Assembly (NCBI GenBank): GCA_001801995.1
Contig: MGZB01000011.1
Location: forward strand, 3,817-67,816
DNA from: Gammaproteobacteria bacterium RIFOXYD12_FULL_61_37
GTDB taxonomy: Bacteria; Pseudomonadota; Gammaproteobacteria; Chromatiales; Chromatiaceae
DNA length: 64,000 nucleotides
Reading direction: 5' to 3'
Shown one piece after another: positions 38,065 to 47,507 of the stretch. How positions within the stretch are numbered: position 1 is the stretch's first letter; every line of letters starts with the position of its first letter. A model generated the notes under the pieces. The model saw only the letters and a list, made by a program, of their open reading frames with translations, made no database searches and was not told the DNA's origin. Both the position numbers and the translations under genes were made by a program.

Positions 38065-38796
38065 ATGTCGTTCCTGACGGTTGTGTACGCACTATTGTTC
38101 TACTCCGCTACGGCGGTGCTGGTGATTGGCGTAGGTCGCAAGATCTATATTTTCGCCAAGGCCCCCGCTCCCCTAAAGATTCCTACCACGCCGGCCCCTA
38201 CCACGCAGACCGGCGTGATCATGCGTATGTTCCGTGAAGTGGTCTTTTTCGAAAGCCTCTTCAAGGGTGCCAAGTGGACTTGGCTCTTCGGCTGGGTATT
38301 TCACATGGGCCTGTTCCTGGTTTTGCTGCGCCACGTCCGCTACTTCCAGGATCCGGTTTGGTTTCCCATCGAGCTGATTCAGCCCTTCGGCGCCTATGCC
38401 GGGTTCGCCATGGTAGCGGGTCTGGCCGGATTGTTCGGCCGCCGCATGCTGGTGGACCGGGTCCGCTACATCTCGGCCCCCTCCGACTACCTGATGCTGA
38501 TCCTGCTGATGTTGATCGGCTTGAGCGGTCTGATGATGACCTTCGTGGCCCATACCGACATCGTCGCGGTGAAGAAATTCTTCCTCGGCTTGATGACGCT
38601 CAGCATCAGTGAGCTGCCCGCGGACCCCGTCCTGCTGGTGCATCTGGCCTTGGTGGCCCTGCTCATGTTGATTTTTCCGATCAGCAAGCTGCTGCACGCG
38701 CCGGGCATTTTCTTCAGCCCGACCCGCAATCAGGTGGACAATCCGCGCGAACGGCGGCACCTGGCTGAGTGGGCCAAGCGCTTTGAGCAGCAATAA
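38065..38796 (+). CDS. dsrM: DsrM, NarI-like membrane dihaem cytochrome b
   Basis: 243 aa polytopic membrane protein in the dsrMK position. Confidence 0.9.
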   Translation: MSFLTVVYALLFYSATAVLVIGVGRKIYIFAKAPAPLKIPTTPAPTTQTGVIMRMFREVVFFESLFKGAKWTWLFGWVFHMGLFLVLLRHVRYFQDPVWFPIELIQPFGAYAGFAMVAGLAGLFGRRMLVDRVRYISAPSDYLMLILLMLIGLSGLMMTFVAHTDIVAVKKFFLGLMTLSISELPADPVLLVHLALVALLMLIFPISKLLHAPGIFFSPTRNQVDNPRERRHLAEWAKRFEQQ

Positions 38797-38838
38797 GCTG
38801 TCATTGCAACGATTTAGGCGTTAATTTGAGGATTATCC

Positions 38839-40368
38839 ATGGCAAAGGCTGACTTCGAAGTCCCTGAGCTTCAGGAATACACCGAAGTGCCCAAGTACGT
38901 CGAAGGCACTATGGCGCACAGCTCTCCGTATGTGGCCAAACCTGACCATCAGACGCCACTCGGCTTCCCTGGTGCGCTGGTCCCGGATTGGGAAGAGAAA
39001 ACCCTGGAAGCGATGGGTGATTTGCTCGGCAAGTACCGCTCCTTCCAGGTCTATCTGGACTCCTGCGTGAAGTGCGGCGCCTGTACCGACAAGTGCCACT
39101 ACTACCTGGGCACCTCTGATCCGAAGAACATGCCGGTGGCGCGCCAGGACCTGCTGCGTAAGGTCTATCGCCGCTACTTCACCTTTGCGGGCAAGTTCTT
39201 CCCCAAACTGGTCGGCGCGGTCGATCTGACACGCGAAGTGCTGGACGAGTGGTACAGCTACTTCCACCAGTGTTCCCAGTGCCGCCGCTGCTCGGTCTTC
39301 TGCCCCTACGGCATCGACACCGCCGAGATCTCCATGGCCGCGCGCGAGATCCTGGACCGTATCGGCTACGGCCAGAAATATTGCAACGAGATCATCGCCA
39401 AGGTTCACAAGATCGGCAACAACCTGGGTCTGCCCGGGCCGGCCATCCAGAATATCCTGGATGGACTGGAAGAAGATGTCCTGGACGATACCGGCGTTGC
39501 CGTCAAGTTCCCGCTCGATGTGAAGGGCGTCGATATCCTGTTGGTGACGCCCTCGGCCGACTTCTTTGCCGAACCCCATATCGATGGGCTGATCGGCTAT
39601 GCCAAGGTGTTCCATGAGTGCGGCGTCAGTTGGACCGTCAGCACCAAGGCCTCCGAGGCCGGTAATTTCGGCATGTTCATCGGCTCCTACGAGAACATGC
39701 GCCGCGTCTCCATGCGCATCCGTGAAGCCGCCATCGAATTGGGCGTCAAGCGTATCGTTTTTGGCGAATGCGGCCATGCCTGGCGCGTGGCCTATGCCTT
39801 TCTGAACACCCTGGCGGGTCCGTTCGATTTCCTCGACCCCAACTATCCCGTGCCCCAGCATATTCTGGAGTTCACCTGGGATGCCATCCAGCAGGGCAAG
39901 CTGAACCTCGACAAGTCCGCCAACGACGATAAGGTGCTGACCTTCCACGACTCCTGCAACGTGGCCCGCGCCACGCGCATGGGCGACAAGCCCGGCGGTC
40001 AGTTCGAGATCCCGCGCAATGTCATCAAGGCGGTCTGCAACAATTATGTGGACATGGAAGCCGACACCATCAAGGAGCGCACCTTCTGTTGCGGTGGCGG
40101 CGGCGGCCTTCTGACCGACGACCTGATGGAACTGCGCGTCAAGGGGGCGATTCCCCGCATCAACGCCCTGAACAATGTCGTCCAGGAACACGGCGTGACC
40201 CACATGGCCGCCATCTGCGCCATCTGCAAGAGCCAGTTCACCAAGGTGATCCCCTACTACGGCTTTGAGATGGACCAGATCGTCAGCGTTCACCAACTGG
40301 TCAGCAACGCGATTCTGCTCACCGGTCAGGGCGAGCAGGACGATGATGACGGCGAAGACGACGAATAA
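38839..40368 (+). CDS. dsrK: DsrK, HdrD-like iron-sulfur protein
   Basis: 509 aa. CVKCGACTDKCH and CSQCRRCSVFCP ferredoxin motifs, plus a CCG domain (FCCGGGGG). Confidence 0.94.
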   Translation: MAKADFEVPELQEYTEVPKYVEGTMAHSSPYVAKPDHQTPLGFPGALVPDWEEKTLEAMGDLLGKYRSFQVYLDSCVKCGACTDKCHYYLGTSDPKNMPVARQDLLRKVYRRYFTFAGKFFPKLVGAVDLTREVLDEWYSYFHQCSQCRRCSVFCPYGIDTAEISMAAREILDRIGYGQKYCNEIIAKVHKIGNNLGLPGPAIQNILDGLEEDVLDDTGVAVKFPLDVKGVDILLVTPSADFFAEPHIDGLIGYAKVFHECGVSWTVSTKASEAGNFGMFIGSYENMRRVSMRIREAAIELGVKRIVFGECGHAWRVAYAFLNTLAGPFDFLDPNYPVPQHILEFTWDAIQQGKLNLDKSANDDKVLTFHDSCNVARATRMGDKPGGQFEIPRNVIKAVCNNYVDMEADTIKERTFCCGGGGGLLTDDLMELRVKGAIPRINALNNVVQEHGVTHMAAICAICKSQFTKVIPYYGFEMDQIVSVHQLVSNAILLTGQGEQDDDDGEDDE

Positions 40369-40434
40369 CAGCGGCATGCGATCGGCTTCGTAAGCAGCAA
40401 CAGATACTTAAGCATTACTGGAAAGGAGATATTC

Positions 40435-42384
40435 TTGGCTACTCCTACTCAAGAGATAGAAACCAAGCTGACTTGGCGCAGGTTCGAGAACGGCGAAAGC
40501 GAATGGGACAGTTGGACCGACAAGATCTTTGTCCAAGACACCTCTCACAAGTGTCCGACCTATGTCCACAAGACGCCCCCCTGTCAGGGTAGCTGCCCCT
40601 CCGGTCATGATGTCCGTGGCTGGCTGGCCATCGTGCGTCAGCTGGAAAAACCCGTTTCCGGCATGGATTGGAAGGAATACGCCTTTCGCCGCGCGACCGA
40701 TGCCAATCCTTTCCCCTCCATGATGGGGCGCGTCTGCCCTGCTCCCTGCCAGACCGGTTGCAATCGTAACGAGGTCGATGACTACGTCGGCATCAACGCC
40801 GTCGAGCAGTTCATCGGCGACACCGCCCTGGCTCAGGGCTACAAGTTCACCGCCGGTCCCGATACGGGCAAGAAGGTTGCCGTCATCGGCGGCGGCCCCG
40901 CCGGTTTGGCGGCGGCCTATCAATTGCGCCGCATGGGCCATGGCGTGACGCTGTTCGAAAAGGATGTGGAGCTGGGCGGCATGATGCGCTACGGCATCCC
41001 CAACTACCGTATTCCCCGCGACAAACTGGCCGCCGAGATCCAGCGCATCATCGATATGGGCGTGGAAGTCAAGACCGGCGTCCGCGTGGGCAAGGACATC
41101 TCTGTCGCCGCTCTGGAAAAAGACTACGGCGCCATCCTTTGGGCGCTGGGTTGTCAGACCGGCCGCGGCCTGCCTATCCCCGGCTGGGAAGGTACGCCCA
41201 ACTGTGTTTCCGGCGTCGCCTTCCTGAAGGCCTTCAACGAAGGCCGCATGAAGGTTACCGCCAAGCAGGTTGTCTGCATCGGTGGCGGCGACACCTCCAT
41301 CGACGTGATCTCCGTCTCTCGCCGGATCGGCTGCAACGCCGCCGCCGGTCTGCCCGAGGCGGTGGTGAGCGACAGCTCACTCCATCAGTCCCAGTCCCTG
41401 GCGGACAGCGCAGAACCGGCCGAGGCAACCCTGACCTCCCTGTTCACCAAGGACAAGATGTTCGCCGCCGAGCACGAGATCCACGACGCCCTGCATGAAG
41501 GCTGCGCCATCCTCGACGGCGTCATGCCGCTGGAAGTCATCATCGGCGCCGATGGCCGCGCTACGGGCCTCAAAGTCTGTGACTGCACCATGAACGGCAT
41601 GACCCCGGTCCCCAAGGAAGGTACCGAGCGCGTCCTGCCCGCCGACCTCATCGTCTCGGCCATCGGCCAGGGCGGCGACCTGGAAGGGCTGGAAGAGATG
41701 GCCAGCAGCCGCAAGCTGATCGACGCCGACGGTTTCTATCAGGTTCCCGGCAAGCCCGGTCACTTCGCCGCCGGCGACATCATCCGTCCGCACCTGCTGA
41801 CGACCGCGATTGGCCAGGCCTCGGTCGCCGCCGAGTCCATTAACGAATACCTGAACAACGCCGAGCTGAAGAAGCGCCCCAAGGTCGATGTGCATCATTT
41901 CGACCTGGAGCAGAAGATGGAAGAGGCCGGCCTATCTCCCATCAAGTTCAAGCACGGTGATCGCGGCGACCTGCGCGGCACCTCCGAGGGCAACTGGGCC
42001 ATCCACAACTACGAGGATCGTGCCTTCGCCGAGGTGATCTCCCACAAGGAGCTGTTCCTGGGCCATTTCAAGTACGAGGCGCGCTACCGGCGTAGCGAGG
42101 ACGTGCCTTCCTCGGACGAGGTTCTGGGCCACTTCCATGAGCGCATGAATGCCCTGGATGAAGCCCAAGTGATCGGTGAGGCGAAGCGCTGCATGAGCTG
42201 CGGTCTCTGCTTCGAGTGCGACAACTGCGTGATCTTTTGCCCCCAGGACGCCGTCCACCGCGTCGAAAAGGGTAAGAGCACCACCGGGCGCTATGTCGCG
42301 ACCGATTATGCGCGCTGTATCGGCTGTCACATCTGCGCCGACGTCTGCCCGACCGGCTACATCAAGATGGGTTTGGGCGAATAA
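40435..42384 (+). CDS. dsrL: DsrL, NAD(P)H-dependent iron-sulfur flavoprotein (GltD-like)
   Basis: 649 aa from a TTG start after GGAGA. Dinucleotide motif VIGGGPAGLAAA. C-terminal ferredoxin motifs CMSCGLCFECDNCVIFCP and CIGCHICADVCP. Confidence 0.92.
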   Translation: MATPTQEIETKLTWRRFENGESEWDSWTDKIFVQDTSHKCPTYVHKTPPCQGSCPSGHDVRGWLAIVRQLEKPVSGMDWKEYAFRRATDANPFPSMMGRVCPAPCQTGCNRNEVDDYVGINAVEQFIGDTALAQGYKFTAGPDTGKKVAVIGGGPAGLAAAYQLRRMGHGVTLFEKDVELGGMMRYGIPNYRIPRDKLAAEIQRIIDMGVEVKTGVRVGKDISVAALEKDYGAILWALGCQTGRGLPIPGWEGTPNCVSGVAFLKAFNEGRMKVTAKQVVCIGGGDTSIDVISVSRRIGCNAAAGLPEAVVSDSSLHQSQSLADSAEPAEATLTSLFTKDKMFAAEHEIHDALHEGCAILDGVMPLEVIIGADGRATGLKVCDCTMNGMTPVPKEGTERVLPADLIVSAIGQGGDLEGLEEMASSRKLIDADGFYQVPGKPGHFAAGDIIRPHLLTTAIGQASVAAESINEYLNNAELKKRPKVDVHHFDLEQKMEEAGLSPIKFKHGDRGDLRGTSEGNWAIHNYEDRAFAEVISHKELFLGHFKYEARYRRSEDVPSSDEVLGHFHERMNALDEAQVIGEAKRCMSCGLCFECDNCVIFCPQDAVHRVEKGKSTTGRYVATDYARCIGCHICADVCPTGYIKMGLGE

Positions 42385-42398
42385 TCCGGGAGTCCCTG

Positions 42399-42812
42399 AT
42401 GACATCAACTCTGCACCGGCTAGTAAAAGTGGTTTCCTTGGCCCTCCTCGTGGGGCTGGGCGCGACCGCCATCGCTGAAACTGATGCCCCGGCGGGCAAG
42501 GCGGTCGAGGGTTCCGCGAAAGCGAATGCCCTCAAGTCCTGCGTCCGTCCTACTGATTGGATGCGCCGCAATCACATGGAGCTGATCGAGCACCAGCGTG
42601 ATCTGACCGTGCGCCAAGGCGTCCGCGTTCAGAAGGACAGTCTCGCCAACTGCATCGACTGCCATGCCCGGCACGATGATAAGGGCCAGCCGGTGCCAGT
42701 CACCGCGAAAGGGGAGTTCTGCCAGGGCTGCCACGGCTTCGTCGCTGCGAAGCCGAGCTGCTTCCAGTGTCACTCGACCGTTCCCTCCTCTGCTGACACA
42801 GCGCAAAGGTAA
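42399..42812 (+). CDS. dsrJ: DsrJ, periplasmic trihaem cytochrome c
   Basis: 137 aa with a signal sequence and three CxxCH sites (CIDCH, CQGCH, CFQCH). Confidence 0.93.
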   Translation: MTSTLHRLVKVVSLALLVGLGATAIAETDAPAGKAVEGSAKANALKSCVRPTDWMRRNHMELIEHQRDLTVRQGVRVQKDSLANCIDCHARHDDKGQPVPVTAKGEFCQGCHGFVAAKPSCFQCHSTVPSSADTAQR

Positions 42813-42819
42813 GAGACTC

Positions 42820-43569
42820 ATGAGCAAGAGCAAGGGTCAAACCGATATGGACCGCAGGACCTTCATGGGTCTCACGGTCGGAGCCGCTGCCACTCTTGTG
42901 GCGCCGGGAGTCTTTCTGCACAGCATCGCCCAGGCCGGCGACCGCGAACAGCCGGTGACCGACAAGGTCCGCTGGGGCATGCTGGTCGATACCAGCAAAT
43001 GCGCCAATGGTTGCAGCGCCTGTGTCGATGCCTGCAAGACCGAGAACGGCCTGTCGAATCATGGCCGGCCGGCCACCGATCCCACCTGGATACGCAAGGT
43101 CAAGGTGCGCGACAATTTCACCGGCAGGGAGACCAATCTGCCGCTGATGTGCCAGCACTGCGAGTTTCCGCCCTGTGTGGATGTCTGCCCGACCGGCGCT
43201 TCCTTCAAGCGGGCCGACGGCATCGTCATGGTGGACCGCCATGTCTGCATCGGCTGCCGCTACTGCATGATGGCCTGTCCCTACAAGGCGCGTTCCTTCA
43301 TCCATGAAGATATCGAGATCAAGCCGACCAACGCGCCGCGCGGCAAGGGCTGTGTCGAGTCCTGCAACCTCTGCGTGCATCGGCTCGACAACGGCCAGGC
43401 CATGACCGCGTGCGCCGAGGCCTGCGCCAAGGCGGGTCATAACGCCCTGGTCTTCGGCGATCTGAAGGATCCCAACAGCCCGGTTTCCCAGGCGTTGAAA
43501 CAACTGCCGAGCCGTCAGATCCGCGCCGATCTGCAACTGAGCACCGGTGTGCGTTATTCGGGCATTTAA
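42820..43569 (+). CDS. dsrO: DsrO, Tat-exported 4x[4Fe-4S] ferredoxin-like protein
   Basis: 249 aa from the ATG at 42820. Twin-arginine signal DRRTFMGL and several CxxCxxCxxxCP motifs. Confidence 0.93.
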   Translation: MSKSKGQTDMDRRTFMGLTVGAAATLVAPGVFLHSIAQAGDREQPVTDKVRWGMLVDTSKCANGCSACVDACKTENGLSNHGRPATDPTWIRKVKVRDNFTGRETNLPLMCQHCEFPPCVDVCPTGASFKRADGIVMVDRHVCIGCRYCMMACPYKARSFIHEDIEIKPTNAPRGKGCVESCNLCVHRLDNGQAMTACAEACAKAGHNALVFGDLKDPNSPVSQALKQLPSRQIRADLQLSTGVRYSGI

Positions 43570-43585
43570 GGGGAGATACCAGTCA

Positions 43586-44812
43586 ATGAGCAAGATTCAT
43601 TACCGCGAATGGGGCATCCCGAGTCCAACCTACTGGGGCATCCTGATCTTCCTGGGCCTGTTCATCGCCGCCGCCGGGGTCTCTGTGCTCTACATGGAGC
43701 ACATGGGCCACTGGGTCACCGGCATGACCAACCAGATCGTCTGGGGTACCCCGCACGTCTTCGCCGTGTTTCTGATCGTTGCCGCCTCCGGGGCGCTGAA
43801 CGTGGCCTCCATCGGTTCGGTCTTCGGCAAGAAGGTGTACAAGCCGCTGGCGCCTCTGTCCGGCCTGCTGGCGATCACCTTATTGGTGGGCGGTTTGCTG
43901 GTGCTGGTCCTCGACCTGGGGCGTCCCGATCGTTTGATCGTGGCCATGACTACCTACAACTTCAAGTCGATCTTCGCCTGGAACATCTACCTCTACACTG
44001 GCTTCATGGTTATCGTCGCCACCTATCTCTTCACCATGATGGAGCGTAAGGCGAATGTCTATACCAAGCCCATGGGCTTCCTGGCGTTCGTCTGGCGCCT
44101 GGCGCTGACCACAGGTACCGGTTCCATCTTCGGTTTCCTGGTTGCTCGGCAGGCCTATGATGCCGCAGTCATGGCCCCCATGTTCATCGTCATGTCCTTC
44201 AGCTTCGGCCTGGCCTTCTACATCCTGATGGTCATGTTCATGTACAACCTGGATGGCCGCCCGGTGGGTGATGGTCTGCTGAACCGCCTGAAAAATCTCT
44301 TGGGCGTGTTCGTTGCCGGCGTCCTCTATTTCACCCTGGCCTATCACCTGACCAATCTGTATGTGACAGAGAATCACGGTGTCGAGGCATTCATCCTGCT
44401 GAATGGCGGTGTCTATACGACGGTCTTCTGGATGGGCGAGGTGATCATCGGCGGGCTGCTGCCCCTGGCGATCATCTTCCACCCCGGCCTGAGCCAAAGC
44501 CGCTGCTGGATCGCAGCCGCCTGCCTGCTGGTTCTGCTGGGCGGCCTGTCCAAGGTCTTCGTCATCATCATCGGCGGCCAGGCCTTCCCCATGTCCATCT
44601 TCCCCGGCATGACCATCGTCGAAGGCAGCGTCTTCGACGCCGTCAACGGACAGCCCTTCAGCTATGCCCCCAGCCTGCCCGAAGTGCTGCTGGGCCTGGG
44701 CGGGATCGCCATGGCCATCGCCGCCACCCTGGTGGGCGTCAGGATGCTGAAGTTCCTGCCCGTTTCCCTGGCGGACGAGGCGGTGGACCCGCACTATTCG
44801 GCCAAACCCTGA
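43586..44812 (+). CDS. dsrP: DsrP, NrfD/PsrC-like integral membrane quinone-interacting subunit
   Basis: 408 aa from the ATG at 43586. About 10 transmembrane helices, positioned after dsrO. Confidence 0.92.
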   Translation: MSKIHYREWGIPSPTYWGILIFLGLFIAAAGVSVLYMEHMGHWVTGMTNQIVWGTPHVFAVFLIVAASGALNVASIGSVFGKKVYKPLAPLSGLLAITLLVGGLLVLVLDLGRPDRLIVAMTTYNFKSIFAWNIYLYTGFMVIVATYLFTMMERKANVYTKPMGFLAFVWRLALTTGTGSIFGFLVARQAYDAAVMAPMFIVMSFSFGLAFYILMVMFMYNLDGRPVGDGLLNRLKNLLGVFVAGVLYFTLAYHLTNLYVTENHGVEAFILLNGGVYTTVFWMGEVIIGGLLPLAIIFHPGLSQSRCWIAAACLLVLLGGLSKVFVIIIGGQAFPMSIFPGMTIVEGSVFDAVNGQPFSYAPSLPEVLLGLGGIAMAIAATLVGVRMLKFLPVSLADEAVDPHYSAKP

Positions 44813-44834
44813 CATCCACTGGGTAAGGCCCCTG

Positions 44835-44873
44835 GAAACGGAGCAAGGCCCCGCGCCTTGGCTCCGTTTTCTT
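44835..44873 (+). terminator. Rho-independent terminator-like hairpin between dsrP and dsrN
   Basis: Stem aacggagcaagg / ccttggctccgtt with one bulge, followed by ttttctt. Confidence 0.6.
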
Positions 44874-44909
44874 ATTGGGTAATATCACCAGCGCCCCGAT
44901 ATCACGCGA

Positions 44910-46274
44910 ATGGGTTATTTCTACATCTCCGCCGCTCATAAATCCTCGGGTAAGACGACGCTGAGCATTGGGCTCTGCTCGGCCCTCGCCGCGCGGGGCC
45001 TGCGGGTGCAGCCCTTCAAAAAGGGGCCGGACTATATCGACCCCCTCTGGCTTTCCAGGGCGGCGGGCCGTGCCTGCTACAACCTGGACTTCAACACCCA
45101 GCAAATCCAAGAGATTCGCGATCTGTTTCAGGGCCATATGGCCGATGCCGATCTGGGCCTGATCGAGGGCAACAAAGGGCTCTATGACGGCATGGCGCTG
45201 GACGGGAGCGACTGCAATGCCGCGATGGCCAAGCTCCTGGACGCTCCGGTGGTCCTGGTCCTGGATGCCAAGGGTGTGACGCGGGGCGTTGCTCCCCTGC
45301 TGCTGGGTTATCAAGGATTCGATCCCGGCGTCAAGATCGCCGGGGTCATCCTGAATCAACTGGCGGGTCCCCGGCAGGAGGGCAAGATCCGGCAGGTAAT
45401 CGAGCATTACACCGATATCCCTGTTCTGGGCGCCGTCCAGCGCAATCCCCGCCTGGTGATCGAGGAACGGCACCTGGGTTTGGTGCCCAGTAACGAGGCC
45501 GGGGAGGTGGAAGAGAAAATCGCTGGCCTGCGCCTTGCGGTAGAGCAGGGGGTGGATCTTGACGCCCTGCTGGGGCTGGCCAGGGAAAATAGCGTCCAGA
45601 CCCGGATTTCCCCAGCTTATCCCAAACCCAAAGTCCGCATCGGCGTCGCCCTGGACGCGGCCTTCGGCTTCTACTACCCCGATGACCTGGATGGCCTGCG
45701 CCAGGCCGGGGCCGAACTGGTCTTCTTCAGCCCCATCGCCGGCCGCGAACTACCGCCAGTCGATGGGCTCTTCCTCGGAGGCGGCTTTCCCGAGACCCAT
45801 ATGGTCGCGCTGGAGGCGAATCGCCCCATGCGCGAGGCGATCAAGGGTTTTATTGAAGATTCTGGCCCGGCCTATGCCGAGTGCGGGGGGCTGATGTATC
45901 TCTGCCGCTCATTGCAATGGAAGGGGCGGCTGTCCCAGATGGCCGGCGTCATCCCGGCGGACGCAGTGATGCACGAACGTCCCCAGGGCCGGGGCTATGT
46001 CCGTTTGAAAGAGCGTCCCGAACACCCCTGGGGTGGCGGTGCCGGCCAGGAGTATCCGGTCCATGAGTTCCATTATTCGCGCCTGGAAAATCTGGCGGCG
46101 CCTTTGCACTACGCCTTCGACGTGACGCGCGGCGTAGGCATAGACGGCAGCCACGACGGCATCATTTACAAAAACCTGCTGGCCGGCTACGGCCATCACC
46201 GCCAGGTAAGCAACAACCCTTGGACACAGCGGTTTGTCGATTTCGTGGAAGGGTGTAAAAATCAGCCCAAGTAA
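44910..46274 (+). CDS. dsrN: DsrN, cobyrinic acid a,c-diamide synthase-like siroheme amidase
   Basis: 454 aa. P-loop AAHKSSGKTT and the glutamine amidotransferase Cys context AECGGLMYL. Confidence 0.9.
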   Translation: MGYFYISAAHKSSGKTTLSIGLCSALAARGLRVQPFKKGPDYIDPLWLSRAAGRACYNLDFNTQQIQEIRDLFQGHMADADLGLIEGNKGLYDGMALDGSDCNAAMAKLLDAPVVLVLDAKGVTRGVAPLLLGYQGFDPGVKIAGVILNQLAGPRQEGKIRQVIEHYTDIPVLGAVQRNPRLVIEERHLGLVPSNEAGEVEEKIAGLRLAVEQGVDLDALLGLARENSVQTRISPAYPKPKVRIGVALDAAFGFYYPDDLDGLRQAGAELVFFSPIAGRELPPVDGLFLGGGFPETHMVALEANRPMREAIKGFIEDSGPAYAECGGLMYLCRSLQWKGRLSQMAGVIPADAVMHERPQGRGYVRLKERPEHPWGGGAGQEYPVHEFHYSRLENLAAPLHYAFDVTRGVGIDGSHDGIIYKNLLAGYGHHRQVSNNPWTQRFVDFVEGCKNQPK

Positions 46275-46291
46275 ATTCGAGAGGTGTGGAT

Positions 46292-46612
46292 ATGTTCAAG
46301 GTAACTGAACCGGCGGCGGAACAGATTCGAAACGCGGCCCAGCAGAGCGGGGCGGATGGCATGTCCCTGCGGCTGGCGGCCCACACCCGGCCGGACGGCT
46401 CCATCGAATACAAGATGGGATTCGACGAAGGCACCGACGAAGATATCGTCTTCAAGAGCGAGGGGATCTCCATCGTGATGGAACCCGAATACGTCCCCCT
46501 TCTGGACGAAACCCTGCTCGACTATGTGGAGCTGGACGAGGGCGGCCGCCAGTTCATTTTCCACAATCCCAAGGACCCGAACTACACCGCGCAGCAGCAG
46601 GGTAGGGATTAG
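46292..46612 (+). CDS. dsrR: DsrR, IscA-like protein without the cluster-binding cysteines
   Basis: MFKVTEPAAEQIRNAAQQSG... has the IscA/HesB fold pattern with no Cys. It follows dsrN. Confidence 0.85.
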   Translation: MFKVTEPAAEQIRNAAQQSGADGMSLRLAAHTRPDGSIEYKMGFDEGTDEDIVFKSEGISIVMEPEYVPLLDETLLDYVELDEGGRQFIFHNPKDPNYTAQQQGRD

Positions 46613-46646
46613 CGAGGTAGGGATCGAGGAGGTACTGGTAACTCGA

Positions 46647-47480
46647 TTATTTCAGCGAGGCCAGAAAAAGATCGACCGATTGATCCAGGTCCAGTTCCCT
46701 CCGCATCACCCGCTCCAGAAATTCCTCCCTCCATAAGGGCATCAACAACCCCGCACGGCTCCACTCGGCGTGGATGATCCTTGCCAGGGGGCCGCCCTGT
46801 TCGAGAAAACCCGATTCGTTGAAGTCCCTCCCGGCCCGCTCCCGGTCGTAGGGCAGGCGCATGATTTCTTCATGCCATGCCCGGCCATCGAAGGTCAGCC
46901 GTCCGTAGCTGGCGCGGACATCGCCATCGAAGGGTGAACCGACGGAGCCGACATTCAGGATGCGGATGCCTTCGAAAGGGCGCTGGAGCGGTTTGTGGGT
47001 GTGTGCGGTTACGAACAGCTCGATGTCATCGGGAAGCGACCCTGCCAGCCGTTCGTCGGTCGTGCTCTGGGAGATGCCCTCGCGGTTGCCCAGGAGGGTG
47101 CCGTGGGTGATGTGGACCCAAGCCCCGGAAGCGGGGCCGCAGAAGGTCAGGTGGTCGGGCCACTGTTCCATGACGAGGGAGGTATCGCCCATCTGCCGGT
47201 AGGTCCAGTCGGCGAACCGGCGCATTCCGGCTTCGATTTCGTTCTCGGGAGGCTGGCGGCACTGGAGGACATACTCTTCGTGGTTGCCCTTGACCGGTAG
47301 CCAGCCATGGCCTTTCTGCTGCTGTTGAAATAGACGCAGGCATTCCAGGTTCAGCGGGCCGCGATTTACCAGATCCCCGTTCATGACGACCAGATCGGGT
47401 TTCCAGCGGTGGATGTCCTCCACCACCACTTCCATGGCGGGCAGTATGCCTTGGACATCGGAGAAGACGGCAACCTTCAT
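46647..47480 (-). CDS. Metallophosphoesterase (calcineurin-like)
   Basis: 277 aa. Motifs FSDVQG, NGDLVNRG, GNHE and an H-x-H (TAHTH). Confidence 0.8.
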   Translation of the reverse strand: MKVAVFSDVQGILPAMEVVVEDIHRWKPDLVVMNGDLVNRGPLNLECLRLFQQQQKGHGWLPVKGNHEEYVLQCRQPPENEIEAGMRRFADWTYRQMGDTSLVMEQWPDHLTFCGPASGAWVHITHGTLLGNREGISQSTTDERLAGSLPDDIELFVTAHTHKPLQRPFEGIRILNVGSVGSPFDGDVRASYGRLTFDGRAWHEEIMRLPYDRERAGRDFNESGFLEQGGPLARIIHAEWSRAGLLMPLWREEFLERVMRRELDLDQSVDLFLASLK

Positions 47481-47507
47481 GGGGGCGAGGCCTGGATTGG
47501 CAGCCTC

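Noticed and set aside
46613-46646. Absence of dsrS read as loss of the gene.
   Set aside because: Only its absence from this position can be stated. The gene may lie elsewhere in the genome.
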